From NCBI GenBank assembly GCA_020137815.1, contig CM035352.1, forward strand, positions 3,968,001 to 4,032,000: a stretch of 64,000 bases of DNA, given 5' to 3'. Every line of letters starts with the position of its first letter. Positions within the stretch are counted from its first letter, which is position 1. Positions 13,150 to 34,500 of the stretch are shown piece after piece. This stretch comes from Hormiphora californensis. Taxonomy: Eukaryota > Animalia > Ctenophora. The notes under the pieces were generated by a model. The model did no database searches. It was not told the origin of the DNA and was given only the letters and a program-made list of their open reading frames with translations. Both the position numbers and the translations under genes were made by a program.

Positions 13150-13680
13150 AGGAAGGAGGGTTCAAAAGTAGGTACCGAGGAGAGACGATGTAGAAGCAGG
13201 TACCAAAAAGGGGGATGCAAAAGGAGTTACCCAAAAGGGGGAGGATGTAGAAGCAGGTATGAAGGAGTAAGGGTACAGAAGGCTGAAGGAGGTACCCAGG
13301 AGGGGGATGAAGAAGCAGGTACCATAAAGAGGAAGGGTGCTGGGTGTGCATGAAAGGTGGGCCAAGAGAGAATGCAGAAGGAAAGACCCAGGGCCGGGCT
13401 GGGGTGCAGAAGGAAGTACCTAGGGTACGGAGGGAAGGTGGTACTCGGAAAGGTGAGAGTGCAGGAAGAGGTTAACCGGGCCAAGGGAGAGAGCAGAAAG
13501 ATATACCCACTGGCCACTACCCAGGAGCGAGGGAGAATGTAGAAGCAGGTACCACAGATGGCAAAAGGATACACAGAAGACTCAGGAAGGAGGATGTACA
13601 AACAGGTACAAGGGAGGGTGCAAAGAGGTGCCCAGGAGGGGCCTAAGTCCAAACTCTAGAGGACGTACAGACTACAGAAG
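13150..13680 (+). repeat. Degenerate purine-rich minisatellite
   Basis: Recurring GATGTAGAAGCAGGTAC-like core at irregular spacing. Confidence 0.6.
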
Positions 13681-14697
13681 GGGGCTCCAAGGTGGGAAGT
13701 TGTCTAGTAGGAGGAAGAAGTGATTTAAACGCAGCAAATTGTGGGAAGCGATAAATTAATAAGATTGCAATCAAATATGGCACAAATAAAACAGAAGGTA
13801 AAGAAATTGATAGAAATCAGAAAGAAATTGCCAAGAGCGTCCGGATCAAATGTATCAAAATCCACCAAAGTGGAAATGAAACATTTCTGGTTCGGCTCGG
13901 CTTTGGACGAACTTCTCGCTCAGAAAGAGCCGCGCACTTGCACGCGCAAATCCATTTACGAATTTCACTACTGCGCGCGAAATTAAGAAACCCTACTACT
14001 GCGCACAGTGGCTTTTTCCAAGAAAATATTGGATTGTGTGCTGCACAATTGACAAAATTGAGCGCTGCGGCGAAAAAAGTTTACGAGAACGCTGCAAATC
14101 GAGTGCGAAAGACGCAGTCGTTACACCCAGAGCGGCGCGGGCGCTCTGGGTGTAACGACTGAGTAAAGACTGTGTAAACTCTGTGTAAATACTGAACTTT
14201 TTTAGGGATCCCTATGGGAAATACCGTAAGAGGTTCCACTAATTTTGGAATTTTGAAAATTCAGTTTTTTTAGCTGGAGCTGGGATTTTGTAAGTTTGCG
14301 CGGCGTTAATTCTGGTTTTGCGCGCCAACAAAACCCCCATTTTTTACGCGCGGCGCCGGTACGGCGCGGGACTGAAGAACAAATTTCATCATCAATTTTT
14401 TTAAACTTTCAGTTTTCTCGGCCGAAATTTGGATATTGGCATCCTCTGCAGTCTCGTTGCGTGTATTTATGACAGCCAACTGATACAGGAGACTGCAGTG
14501 GAGGCCTAGTTCAAATTACGATGCGGACGCTGAATTTGCAGCTCGCATAAGTCACTAATTTGGCCTTTGGGTGCCCGAGCCCCGATTTTAACGCCGGTCG
14601 GTGGTCCGTGGTACTCCACATATTCTACGATTTCCTACTAATACCTGAAATAATTCACCAGCTGAGCGATGTTGAAGTTGATATCAATATAATCAGA

Positions 14698-15715
14698 ATG
14701 TCTGCAACACTCTATCCTCCTCCAAGCCCCTTCACCACCCTCTCAAAACGTGCATCCGCCATTTTACAGGGTGAGTAACACACGAATTGATAATTATTGA
14801 GATGAGAATTATTGAGATGAGAAAATTTAAACAACCCTTTTTTCAGGAAACCCCAGCTTGAACTCCCTAAATCTCCTCGAACTTGACGAACTGCTAGGAT
14901 GGGCGGAGAGTGCAAAATCATCCTCCCACCACTCAACCGCTCTTGATGAGCTTGATAAATTACTGGGAGAGTTTAATATTGATTCAGTCGACAGGGCAGA
15001 TAAAGGCCAACTATCAGAGGCCAAGAGACAGTTAGCTCGAAAGGAAACTTTCCATACCTCTGAAGGCGACATTAGGGCAAATGAGGTATTAATGCCAAGC
15101 AGGGTTTTTAGTGAACCGAGAATGGAAATAATCTCCCCGCCTCCCCCAAATTCTCCCCCTCCTTCTCTGCCGCCTCTTCAACAACCCCCCACTCGGAAAT
15201 CTACCACCCCCACCCCAGTTGCTCTCCCCCAGCCGCCTGTCAGAGAGCTCAACCAGCCTCCTGTCCGGGAGCTCAACCAGGACCTACTTCACAATTTCTT
15301 TGGCAGACGTCATCTGACCGATGAGTTCAGTGACATGTCATCCGTTCACCGTGCTGCTACACCCTCCGTTTGCAGTACGGTATACAGCAACTCGTTCAGC
15401 TCGAGTGAGAGGGCTAGTAATTACACAATGTTCTCACCGTTAAACAGGAGAGAAGCGTACCAGGGTGTGCCCTTTAGCAACCCAAAAATGACACTGATTC
15501 ACCGGGGCACTCTTCATAAGGATTGTAATTCTCTACGGGGTAACGGTACCATGCAGTCTACTTCTCGATACGGTGGTGGGACACTCAATGGAACCTTGAA
15601 CTCAACATATACGAGCGGTATGGGTACTCTGAGAAGTAGCAGTGGCGGCAACACACTGTTGAAAGGCACGAGAAAGAAAAAGAAATGCAGATTTGTACTC
15701 TGTACACCGGTGTGA
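14698..15715 (+). CDS. 313-aa low-complexity protein with two LD-like motifs, a Pro-rich segment and a polybasic CaaX-like end. Exons 14698-14770 and 14847-15715
   Basis: G|gtgagt donor and tttcag acceptor join in phase. Motifs ELDELLGW, ELDKLLGEF and PPPPNSPPP; C-terminus RKKKKCRFVLCTPV. Confidence 0.65.
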
Positions 15716-15800
15716 GCAGTTTTAAGTGCAGCTTGACCTACTGACAGATCCGATAATTTGTGTGAGGAGAAAACTTTGCTCAATTGTGGTATCCTTAGAA

Positions 15801-15909
15801 CAGGAACCGACCGGACCAAGTAAACAACCAATCAGAGCTCGTTATTTAGGTCACGTGACTGGTTATCAGCCAATCAGGGACCAGTATTTCCTGATTCGGT
15901 CGGTTCCTA
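15801..15909 (+). mobile_element. hAT-type MITE, copy 2
   Basis: Same family sequence; 8-bp TSD CCTTAGAA. Confidence 0.85.
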
Positions 15910-16433
15910 CCTTAGAAGGAACCCTTGTGGTAAATACAAAGCGCTTGTTCCACGGTTTGACTAATAATTACCAGAAAATATATTTATATTTTTCTACCTA
16001 TGACACAGAGTGCTACCGGTCAACACCCGTAGCTCCATATTTTACACTTTTTGCTGTTTTAAAACTCCTTGCACAGTTGACTACTACCGACCTCACATCG
16101 TTCTATATGTGTGTACATGTGAAATATATTTGCTCAGTTTTTTGTTTCCCTCTTTATCCGCAGCTGTTCACTACTCTAGTTGCAGTTATTAATGAACACA
16201 GACGAACAATGTATTATTATAAACGTTGAACTGCATTATATATAGCATGAAATGAGAAAGAGAGGTCTAATATTGGCCATATATATTATATGTGATTGAC
16301 AATGTTTTATTATTTTCCCCCGTGTAAATGTTTTGCGTGTGTAAATTTCTTGTGTGTGTTTTATTGCCCTACTTCCTCCCCATCTCTCTCTCTCTACTGG
16401 TCCAAGGCAATAACAATTATACCATATAAGGAC

Positions 16434-16657
16434 ATGACGTTAAGTCTCGGCAGGGTTTCAGAGATTTGTTCCGGGGTTATAGGCGGTGACGTGAGTCAAA
16501 CCAATCAGATAACAGAGCTCCTTGATGTACTGGAAGGACCTGGGGAGGGATCAAAGAGTGATGATTTGGTGATTACTGCCGTGGTGACTGCCCTGAATCA
16601 GGTACATGTCTCCTACATGTGAAGTAGTGTGGGAGTTGCTAATGGAGCTGTATCTCT

Positions 16658-16747
<90 letters not shown>

Positions 16748-18130
16748 TCTCACTCCCTCTCACTCTATCTACTTTACTCTTGCCATTGAGGCTCATTTTA
16801 ATTTCTTTGATCTCCTAATATCAATATTCTCCCCTCCTCCCGTCAGATATTTTGCAAGTTCCTCAAAGAGCCCTGGATGATAAAACCCGATTCTGCTGAC
16901 ACCCCTACAGTACTAGCAGAATATCACACCTGGCTGAGGGCAACCTACTCGGAGTGCTTCACACTTCTCTCTGCCACCTTGATCCGAGAGGGATCTGCCA
17001 TCAGAGGGGAGTGTTTTGATACAATGCTCCGGTTTCTCCAAGCTGAGACCGTGTTTGGTAGCCTGTCGGGGGATCGGACAGCAGAACTAGTAGGAGCGGT
17101 TCTCACCACAAAAAACGAGGAGTTACTCGCTAAATTGACCGCTGAGGTATCTGACCTAGACTGGAAGTATGCCACCCTGAAGGCAATTGGACGGTTTTCA
17201 AAACAGTGCCAAGGGACAAGTGATATGGGTCTGGCGGACGTGGTTCACACCCTACTACCTCAATAGATGTGTCAGAGTGTTTTACAAAGGAGCTACAGGG
17301 ACGGAAGAAACCGACAACACCAGCGGAGAAGACCATGTTTCACATCAGGAAAGCATTTGGTGTGACATGGCTGGAGTTTCTGAAGGTCCCCAAATCTAGA
17401 CCCCTCTATCTCACCATCCTAACGTCTCTTCATGAGGGTGTCATACCAAAAATGCAGAACCCCAAACTGCTTTGTGATTTCCTGGTAGACAGTTACAATC
17501 TTGGTGGAACTGCCTCTCTCCTCGCCCTCAACTCTCTATTTCTCTTGATAACAGACTATAACCTTGACTATCCCTCTTTCTACCCTAAACTGTATCGTAT
17601 GTGTACCCCCGACCTCCTTCACACCCATTACCTCGGCCGATTCCTCAGCATGCTGGATACCTTCCTCAAGAGTCCTCTCCTCCCTGGGTACATGGTGGCA
17701 GCGTTTATAAAGCGGCTCACCCGGAACTCTCTAACTGCTCCACCACATGCAATTATTCAGGTAGCACGGCTAACCACCAACCTACTCAAACTTCACCCCA
17801 GTACTAAGAGGTTGGTACACCGAGGACCCGATCACAAACCTGCCCGGGAGGACCCCTGGAATCCTGACGATGAAGATCCAGCGACTTGTGGAGCTCTCGA
17901 TAGCTCACTGTGGGAGTTGGAACTCCTCAAGGATCACCTCTGCCCAGAGGTGGGGGTTGCCATAGGGACCCTGAGGAAACCCTACTGATGAGATTTTAGT
18001 GGAGATGGGCCTGCATAGGACTCACACTAATATGTACAAAGAGTACGTGAAACAGTGGAAGAAAGATCCGGCGGCCGAGTTTCAAGAACCGGCCAGTTTT
18101 GATGGTTTAGGCGAGGTTTTTAGCTTTTAA
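16434..18130 (+). CDS. NOC4L: Nucleolar complex protein 4 homolog. Exons 16434-16601 and 16847-18130, with apparent frameshifts near 17258 and 17981
   Basis: CBF/Mak21-domain motifs GGTASLLALNSLFLLI, NLDYPSFYPKLY, LPGYMVAAFIKRL and ALDSSLWEL. Confidence 0.9.
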
Positions 18131-18321
18131 CTTATATCTTACTGGACTGAATTTTTAAGCAACTTAATTTATTACAATTTGATAAACGAGAACGTGTTTG
18201 TCGGTGTGTTTGGGTATATCTTTTTGTAAGCAGCAGACCACCAATGACCCATAATGTTTTATGATAGGAAGCTCTCGTGTTTACCTTTGTTCTAGACATC
18301 CGGTGTCTGTGTCACATCTCT

Positions 18322-18452
<131 letters not shown>

Positions 18453-18518
18453 CCTCATCCCTTTATCCTTCTGCTCCACCAATATACGACTTGTTCAATA
18501 GGTTACACCCCCAACAAC

Positions 18519-19802
18519 ATGTGCAGTACTGCAGAGGGAGGGGGCTGTGGTGACACCGTGAGACGAAGAATCAAGAAAGAGCGGCGTAATGACCGGTGTT
18601 TTAAATGTGAGATAGCCACTCCGGTGGTGGTTATACGACAGGGTGATCCCTTTTGTGGGCCATGTTTGGAGCACCATCTTGTACACAAGTTCCGTCAGGT
18701 AATGTTGTGGGTTGTTGAAGTGCTGGTGCTGTGTGGGAAAGTTGTCCGTAATTCCGAGACAGGATTTAGCGAGCAAACACGGGTAGTGAGTTAGTTCTAG
18801 AACTGGCAGAGGTAGTGATTCAATATCTTATTCAGCGAATTGAACTTCATGTTTATTAATTAAATCCTTATCCATCAGGGCCTCGGCAAGACTAAAATCC
18901 TCTATCCGGGAGAGCCCGTTCTCCTCGACATATCGGGCTCGCCCTCCTCCCTCACCCTCCTCCACCTAATGGCGAGTGGTTACGACAAAGCATCCCACAA
19001 ACGGATAACAGCTTCACCCATTATTGTGATAATAGACGAGAGCAGGGTGTGCGAGATGGGTGAGAGTGTGGTGACGGAGGTGTTACGGGTGGTGGAGGGA
19101 ACACCTCACATGCCACGGAGGATGGTGATTGTACCTCTCGAGGTTGTCTTCCTGGGAGAGACATTGGAACCGGAAATGAGGGTCCTGCTTAACGCAGGAG
19201 ATAATGATAACAGTGTGGTAGATCTGAGTGAGCTGAGTAGTCCAGATCTTGTGTCACAAACCCGGGAAGTCCTCTTAAAACCCGGGGGTGATGAAGTAAG
19301 GGGGTCTATGAAAAGAAGGATATTAACCGCTCTGGCGAGGAACTTTGAGTGTTCTAAAATCATGCTACCCGGCACATCATCTGAATTTGCTGCTAGACTC
19401 CTAGAGTCAGTTGCTACTGGCCGGGGCTCTGGTATTTCCTTCCAGTGTAATTATCTTGATACCCGATCCCCTGAGGTTACCTTCATTAATTGCATGAGAG
19501 AGTTCACACTAAAGGAATGTGTGTATTACCTAAGAGGTCGAGGCGTGCCCCTCCTTACCCTACCCCAGCCTCAACAACAACAACCCTCAACTATATCCCA
19601 ACTTGCTGAGAGTTTCATCACCGGTCTCCAGTCGGAGTTTCCCTCAACAGTCAGCACGGTACTACGGACTGCAGCCAAGCTAGAGGGTGTCCAAATGGGA
19701 CAGAACTGTAGAGCTTGTGTGCTGCCCTGCCCAGTCGGAGAGATGTACTGTCATGGATGTGAAATTGTGTTGGGTGATTCAGATGATTTGCCGTTTTTGT
19801 AA
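18519..19802 (+). CDS. CTU2: Cytoplasmic tRNA 2-thiolation protein 2. Exons 18519-18698 and 18879-19802
   Basis: MC start; CFKC...FCGPC...HKFR; SGSPSS; VATGRGS; [19 protein letters not shown]; C-terminal CRAC...CHGC. Confidence 0.9.
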
Positions 19803-21840
19803 CAGAGATATCTTTAAAAAACAGCAGTAGCTTTGTTCCTTTTTAAATTTTCTTTTTAGTAACGTTAGAAAGTGTTGTGTTTTGTTGTGTACAGCATTGG
19901 CACGAATTATTATATACGATGCATGTATTGTAATAATCGACATGCAATCTGGGGGCCGAGAGAAAGCTTTGTAGAGAGAAATGTTAGGGGTAGGATTGGA
20001 GCTAGAATAAAGAGTCGGAGACATGTTGCAGAGACAATGGAGAGGGTGAGTGTAGAGAGAGAGAGAGTTGTAGAGGGAGAGAGACACTGGATCGCCAATG
20101 GGTACTGTGTGTAATAACGTTGTAGAGGTTTGACCAATCAGTTGGTGATGTAATAGAGGGGGACAGGCACACAGATGGTCGGAAGAGAGAGAAGTTAAAT
20201 GAATTTCACAGTGTAGGATTACCTATCTCATGAGTAGAGAGAGAGATAGATAGATAGAAATGATAGAGATCTCACCAGCTCTTCTCATTACTCCCTGTGT
20301 TGTCCGCCCCCCTCCCGCGCGACTAGCAGACAACGGACACAATGGTAGGGGTCTTGGCGCAGGTAACGCGCAGTTTCCACTCGCGCAAAGATTGAAGAAC
20401 CACACGCATGGAAGAGTGCTGGAAACTCCGGATGACGGCACGACCCTGTCAGATCATTGACCTGACCCCATTCCGCGGTCACTGGTCAGAGCATTGCCTG
20501 ACAGGTCCGACCACGTTTTTGATTCTCAAACACTGTCCTCAGATAGGGTCGGCGCCGCCAGACAGTGGAACTGGGGTGGTTGCAGTTCGAGCAGCTAGCC
20601 TTGTTAACACGCTGCCTACCTACAACAAGGTTTGTATTGTTCAACAAGGCTTCTTGTCGAACTCGACCTAGTTGTTAGTGCAAGTGGTCAGAGCAGTTTC
20701 GTTGTGAAACGTTGTGTGCTTTAGGGCATTTGTCATGTTTCCTGTTGTGAGAAATGGGCAAATCGCACATTATTCTACATTCTTCGGCAGTGGCCCAGTC
20801 CCACGCCAGTAATATGACAATCAAACTCTTACCACTGTAACAGCGAGTCCTAGGCGGTAACTCTAATAACTCTATCATGACACATTGCAGAGATGCGGAA
20901 AACCCGTTGTCAACACTCAACTGTCAAGTGCAAATTGGTTCGATAGTAAATGTATAACCATTGATAACAATTTCATAGGATTTGCTGTGGGACATGGGCG
21001 TCAGACTGACACCAAAGGCCAATCCTGCCGTTGGCCAATTTGTACTGTCGATCATGGTTGGGTACTTGTTGAAGTTCAACAAGTACCCAACCATGAACTG
21101 TATGGCGGCGCCATACCCCATTTGATTCTCAAACAGTGCGCTCAGATGGGTCGCGGCGCCAGACAGACCATGAACCACAGTACAAATTGGCCAACTTCAT
21201 CATTATACTCCCCTCCCTTTACCGGTTTTACAATTGAAAATTCAAAGATTTTTTTTCCAAAGAACATTTAACAATCCATAAATCTCTCATTAACAGTTTA
21301 AAACTTCATCACAGAAACGAAGTAATAAAACTATCAGACAACACTTCTTCTATCTCTCTGGATCTATCTTGCTCACACTCCACACACACACACGCACACA
21401 CAAGGCAAAAGTGACACCTTTGGAGTATTTCGAGTCACACAATCACTCGTTCTTTTTCATTTTGTCCCATCGCGATGGGACAAAACAAAAAAGAACGCCC
21501 ATTCCCCAAGTTTCCACTATTTTTTAAACAAAAGTCCCTTCCCCACTCTCCCTCTCACTCAATCACTCACTCACTCTCTGTCTCTTCTCACCAGCAAAAA
21601 ACGATATAGGTAGAAGAACTAAGATTTGCAAAAACGCACAATCCGTATTCCGTAAGCACTTTCACAGACAAAAACACGCACAAACAAGCAAACATAAACG
21701 CACTTGTATTATAGACAAACCGCGTGGATTTCCATTACTTGCATAAAGTATCCTAGATTTAATGTTTCTTTATCTTTTACCCACTCTTATTCCCTCTCTC
21801 TCTCTCTCTCTCTCTTTATCTCTCTCGCTCTCTCTCTTTA

Positions 21841-21919
<79 letters not shown>

Positions 21920-21943
21920 TTCGTCTTAGGTATAATAACATAG

Positions 21944-29225
<7,282 letters not shown>

Positions 29226-30001
29226 GGCTTCACCTTATAATCTAACCATACCACCTAGACACTACTTAGAAAAGTGTGGGTTAGTATAATACATATGTAC
29301 AAGACACTGCTTAGAAAAGTGTGGGTTAGTCTTTGGGATGATTTGTGGCACCGGTACACAGTCCAAACACGATGATAAGGGAAATGGGAAAAGTATAGAT
29401 AAGAAGTATAAATATATATAAATTATAAACAGAGCTATAAAATGAAGGGAAATGAATTCATTTGGGCCATTCCGCTTTGCAAGGTTACAATGGATAACAT
29501 AATGGGAGGCGGGGGCTAGTGCTAATCATGTTAATGATTAAAGCCAGGGGGGTCGACCGATTTTTGGGATTGCCATCATGTGATAGCGCTTGGCATACTG
29601 TACCAGATGGATATGACAGAATCAATTTTGTGTGAACGGTCCGGGAGAAAAATAACTTTTAGGCCTGAAATCAATATAAATCCCATTATGAATTTGATAA
29701 GGATATTAATTAAGCATTACTATCTACAAAACAAATGTAAAGAAGACAGACGAGAAGTGAGATTATAACACAGACAGACACTAGACAGACAAACATTGAT
29801 TTAGAAGGGTGAAAATAGCGTAGAAGAGAAAGCAAGCTTGGCAAGGTGTCAATTGAAAATTGGGCAAAGATACAGCCCAGCAAGAGAGCACGTGTGTGTA
29901 TGTCACTCCTGAGCTAATCTAATGTTAACTCAATGGCCATGCGTGTGTAGTGCGTAGAAGCAGATTATGGAGCTACCTCTGTGCAATGCAACAACGATAT
30001 A

Positions 30002-30242
30002 CCTTACTCTCGTTTTTTAAGAAACGCTTTAGTAAGAAACTTTTTTATAAGAAACTTTTAAAATGTAAATTACACAATTCAGGGACGCCACAACAAAATA
30101 GAACACCCCTAACTTGTTTAGTTTCTTGATAAAGGAGAAATTCTTTTTGTTTTTGGATTGCTAACACCTGTAGTTTCCTAGAAAAAAAGTTTCTTATTTA
30201 AAAGTTTCTTGAAATATGCGAGCTTAATTAACGAGAGTAAGG
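30002..30242. mobile_element. Tc1/mariner-type MITE
   Basis: TIRs CCTTACTCTCGTT / AACGAGAGTAAGG; TA on both sides. Confidence 0.7.
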
Positions 30243-31522
30243 TAATACAAGAGTGTTCACACGAAGCGATGACCCTGTTGCAGCAGAGGATCTGATCTTC
30301 AAACAACCTGAACTGTGCACTTGTTGCAAGGATACACCAAGTCGAGTGTGTTTAGTGTACATGTACCGTGTACGGCACGCTAGTCAAAGAGAGATCAGCT
30401 ACAGTCACCAGAGAAAAGAAAACACAGACTGTCCAGACAGCACTGTACTACACTGATCGTGATGGCTAATGAGACAATAGGATGCAGCAATCCAAATTGG
30501 TACTGCAGTGTACATACCAAACAAAAACCCTGTAACCGCATTACACATTCAACCCCAAGAGTTTCATTTTTGTGGTCAATCGATCTATGGACATTGTTCA
30601 TTAAAGCGATATGTTTCTTGCATTACATTCACTTAACTACCTAATGTGAAGACTCCCTCTCATAATTGTGATGTTTCGATGTTAAATTTCTGATCACTAT
30701 CTTGATAACAGTCGACATCGTGGGCCATTGGTTAACCAATGGTTAGTGCAAGCAATTCACTAAAAAGCTAACTGCTATATTCGTACACACAGTAAAGATA
30801 AATATGTATGCCATGCATGTCATGCAGTCCACACAACACATTGATACGAATCTTTATCTTTATGTTTATAGGTAGCAAAATTCAGGGGAGAGGGCCTCTC
30901 TTATTCTCACATTTCATCTCCTGGATTATTCGGGAATGTGCAGCCGTAGTTGATATGTTTATTTAATGGACTTGCGTTGTTCCTTGTAAACAAATAGCCA
31001 TACTTTGAAGATGCTGTGTGAAAATACATCATTGTAGCCCTACTCCGTTGTATCTATGAGCCAGGGCTTAAATTCTGCGGCGGAAGTTGTGTAACACAAT
31101 ACACTCTTCCTTCTACTACATCTGTTTCGCCTCTTCATCTGTTGCATTGCGTAGAGGAGGCGTCAAGCACGTTACAACTTGCAATCTTGTTCCTAACTCT
31201 AGCTCTGTGTGTGTGTTTCCCCTTCCAGTGTCTATTGTGTGTTTGTTGTATAGTAGCCTCAATATTTAAATTGTTTCTGTGTACTTCTTTCCCTTTGTTG
31301 TCAAAGGATAGGCGTAGACATCAGCCCCCGTTTTAATTCTCTCGCTCATCTATATTGCTATCTTATTACGTGACAAAATGTGATAGTACCACTTCCGATA
31401 TACCTTCACTTAGTTTACTACCACCTTTACTACTTCCTTTACGCCAGAAGTACTCAAAAAGCTCTCCTTTCGGTCGAAATTTTAGGCGTTCACTCATACC
31501 GGCAAAGCCCTTACTTGTAGAA

Positions 31523-34500
31523 ATGGATGAGCTCCTGAGAGCACACTTTAATTCACAGCTTAATGATGTAAGAGGTAAGAAATTTGCACATGTTTAAAAC
31601 TTTTGAGTTGATTTACTACTCTACCCTAACTTTTTCAGTTCGAACTATGGCGAATACTCCTCCTCCGTCAATATCCAAAATAAGATCTTTGGTCAAAGCC
31701 GAACTCAGATCACAGACAATAGCTAAAAGTTTCGAGCAATCGTTCAACAGCGCCCTTGGTGATGTGAATACATCACTGAAGCAAGACTACGTTGTGACAA
31801 AGGAGCAGCTTACTGCCGGGAAAACGATTTATCTTGAAAGTGTGATATTCCTCAGCAAACTTGCTTGGTAAGCTTGGTAACGCTCAATGAACGTCGTTCA
31901 TTGCATACTGACTGCAAACAGTAATTTAATAAGCTAGCTCTTTTCGTAACATAATCCTTTGCGCTCACAGGGTAATTGCCCTTGTCCCTGTGAAACAAAA
32001 GAGAAAAGCTGGATCCTTCAACCTGGAGATTTCCTGTTATATACCTACGGTTGTGTTCCATAGAAACGCAGTTATTCGAGGAATCGCCTCATTAAATGGA
32101 GAAAAAGAACGATTTCAAATCAATACTGCAACATGTCTATCTTGTACAATAAAAGGCATCAATAAGACGGTACATAACTTAGGGAGGTGTAAAACAAACA
32201 AATTATTCACCTTTTATCTATAGGCCTGGTATAAAATTGTACTTACAAAATTAATAACCGTTACCTCAGGACTGGGAAAGTTCTACAGAGTTCAGAATTA
32301 GTCTTGTTATTGAAATCATTAATTGTGATCTAGGACTCGCCCTTGTTGACTATAAAAACTCTAAAGGTACTCTGGAATCTGGATAGCAGGATGCCTTAAT
32401 ATTAACTAAACTTCATTACAATTTACATAATGATCTGATTTTGATTTATTTCACTTTCATCAATTTGCAGATGCTAATGGAATGTTGAACCGCTTCAAAT
32501 TGGAAAAGTTATTACAAATACTCAGCGAGGTACGTTAGACCGAGAACAAAAGAACAAAGTTACCAATTACACAATGTAATATATGCATACTACATTTACG
32601 TTTTAGGAAACAATACAACAAACTTATAGTCCAGTTTGGATGCAGTCTTTGTTGGAACAACTACAACAAATCCAAGGGAGCATTGATGGCACTTTTTCGG
32701 CATCACTGGTGGATTCTGGAATCCTAAATCTGGTAAGATAGTCAGTCGTTCAAATCCGGGTGCACTTCAAGTGACAACACTCACTAAAAGTTTCAAATAT
32801 TTTTCAATTTGCCGAAAAGGTTAAGTGCTTTGGTGGTAAGAGCCATTATATGACATTCTGCAAACCACTATCTTTTACAGGTAGTTAGACTCCTAGAGGC
32901 AGATATTGTGGAACATGAAGTAATGTACCGAGTAGTATGGAATATCATAGTGAAACTTATGTCATGTGCAAGATATCAAATACAATCGGAGGAGCGAAAC
33001 CAAATGATTAATAAGTTCACAAGGAGGGCATTCGAAGTGGTTGTTGAAAAGATAGAAGACAAGCGATATCCTGGAATGTAAGTTACATTTTAATATCATA
33101 AATAATATAATGATAATGGCTTAGTTTTTAAAAACGATGCCTGTAACATGTAACCAGTACCTATCAAATGTATTTCTTGTGGCAGGGTGATATTTGAAAT
33201 GTTGCCGATGATATTGGAAGTTAGTAAAGACAAAAAAGTACTAACGCCCGATAACTTAACAAAGCTAAAACCATTTTTGGATTTAAGAAACATTTTAAAG
33301 CTTGGTATGTATGGAGCTGCTACATTTTAGTATACACACTTAGCTAGGTTTCAATATAAATGGTCCAAAATCGTAATCATCATAAAAATTGATTGAGAAT
33401 TTTTGCAGTCACACGGCAACGAACGAGTGTAAATATTCAAACCTTAAGAACGTTTCATAGATTTGTTCGAAAGCTCGCCAAAGTACATCAAGGTTAGTTT
33501 CTAATCCTAATAATGATGCATATGAAGATATAGGTATATCCAGTGAAGAACATCAAACAATTAATAAATATAAATGAAATAAATGAGTAAATTCATCAAA
33601 TAATATGTACGATCTATAGTTGAATAGTTACTATATTGTATTCCATGTCGATTGTCGACGTCTAGATTTGCTGTACTTTTAGCTAAAACATTAAACAATC
33701 CACACTTTTAACAGAAGAAGGACTTGAAGAGCTGGAGAGAAGTTTAAAGTTTCCCTTTCTACCTTTTTACCACCCTGTAAAAACTCGTGATGGGGTTAGT
33801 AGTTATATATATAGTGTGTCATTGTAAATTTTAGGGTTTTTAAAAAATCAAGTGCGATATTCTTGTTTCGAAAAGTAAGGTTTAAAAACTATTATTTTTA
33901 GGAGATGATACGAGAATATGAAATGACGACAATAGGCTGGGATAAAACTGAATGGAATATCATGAAAGCACAAGTGGAAGAACAAGGCGCTATAGGCTCA
34001 AAGTATGCATGTCCAGTCAATCCTTGATTTAACCCACGTAACGAGCAAACGGCTTGGATTTTGATTGGATATTTTAAAGGGCCTAAAAACCCAAATTTTA
34101 TTTATCTATTTTGAACACTCCATCGTAACAAGCATGCTATAGGAGTCCCAAAAAACATAGACACACACCACATGGACCCCAGGTGAGCCCCTCAAGTTGG
34201 GGCCCATTTGGGGTCCCCTTGTAAACACGCTTGTACTCCTTGAAATGCTAACAATATGATCCTCTCTCAAATATAAAATTTAGGATAGAAATGTTCCTTG
34301 TGTTTTAGTAGATTTCATAATTTTTCTCATCAATTATTATTTAAGCCTATCAAAACTAGGAGAAAAATTACCAGAATACAGAGACAAGAAAGATTATGTA
34401 TTCACCTGAAACACAAAGATAATTTTACCCAAAACTTCAAATTTCAGAGAGGATCATATTGTTAGCATTTCAAGGAGTACAAGCGCGTTTACAAGGGGAC

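Larger units (their letters stand above)
10480..14217. mobile_element. Candidate 3.7-kb element bounded by 76-bp perfect inverted repeats
   Basis: 10480-10555 is the exact reverse complement of 14142-14217. GA flanks both ends (possible 2-bp TSD). Confidence 0.5.

Noticed and set aside
15726-16229. 167-aa ORF downstream of the LD/CaaX gene
   Set aside because: Non-ATG start; it reads through a MITE and AT-rich 3'UTR-like sequence.
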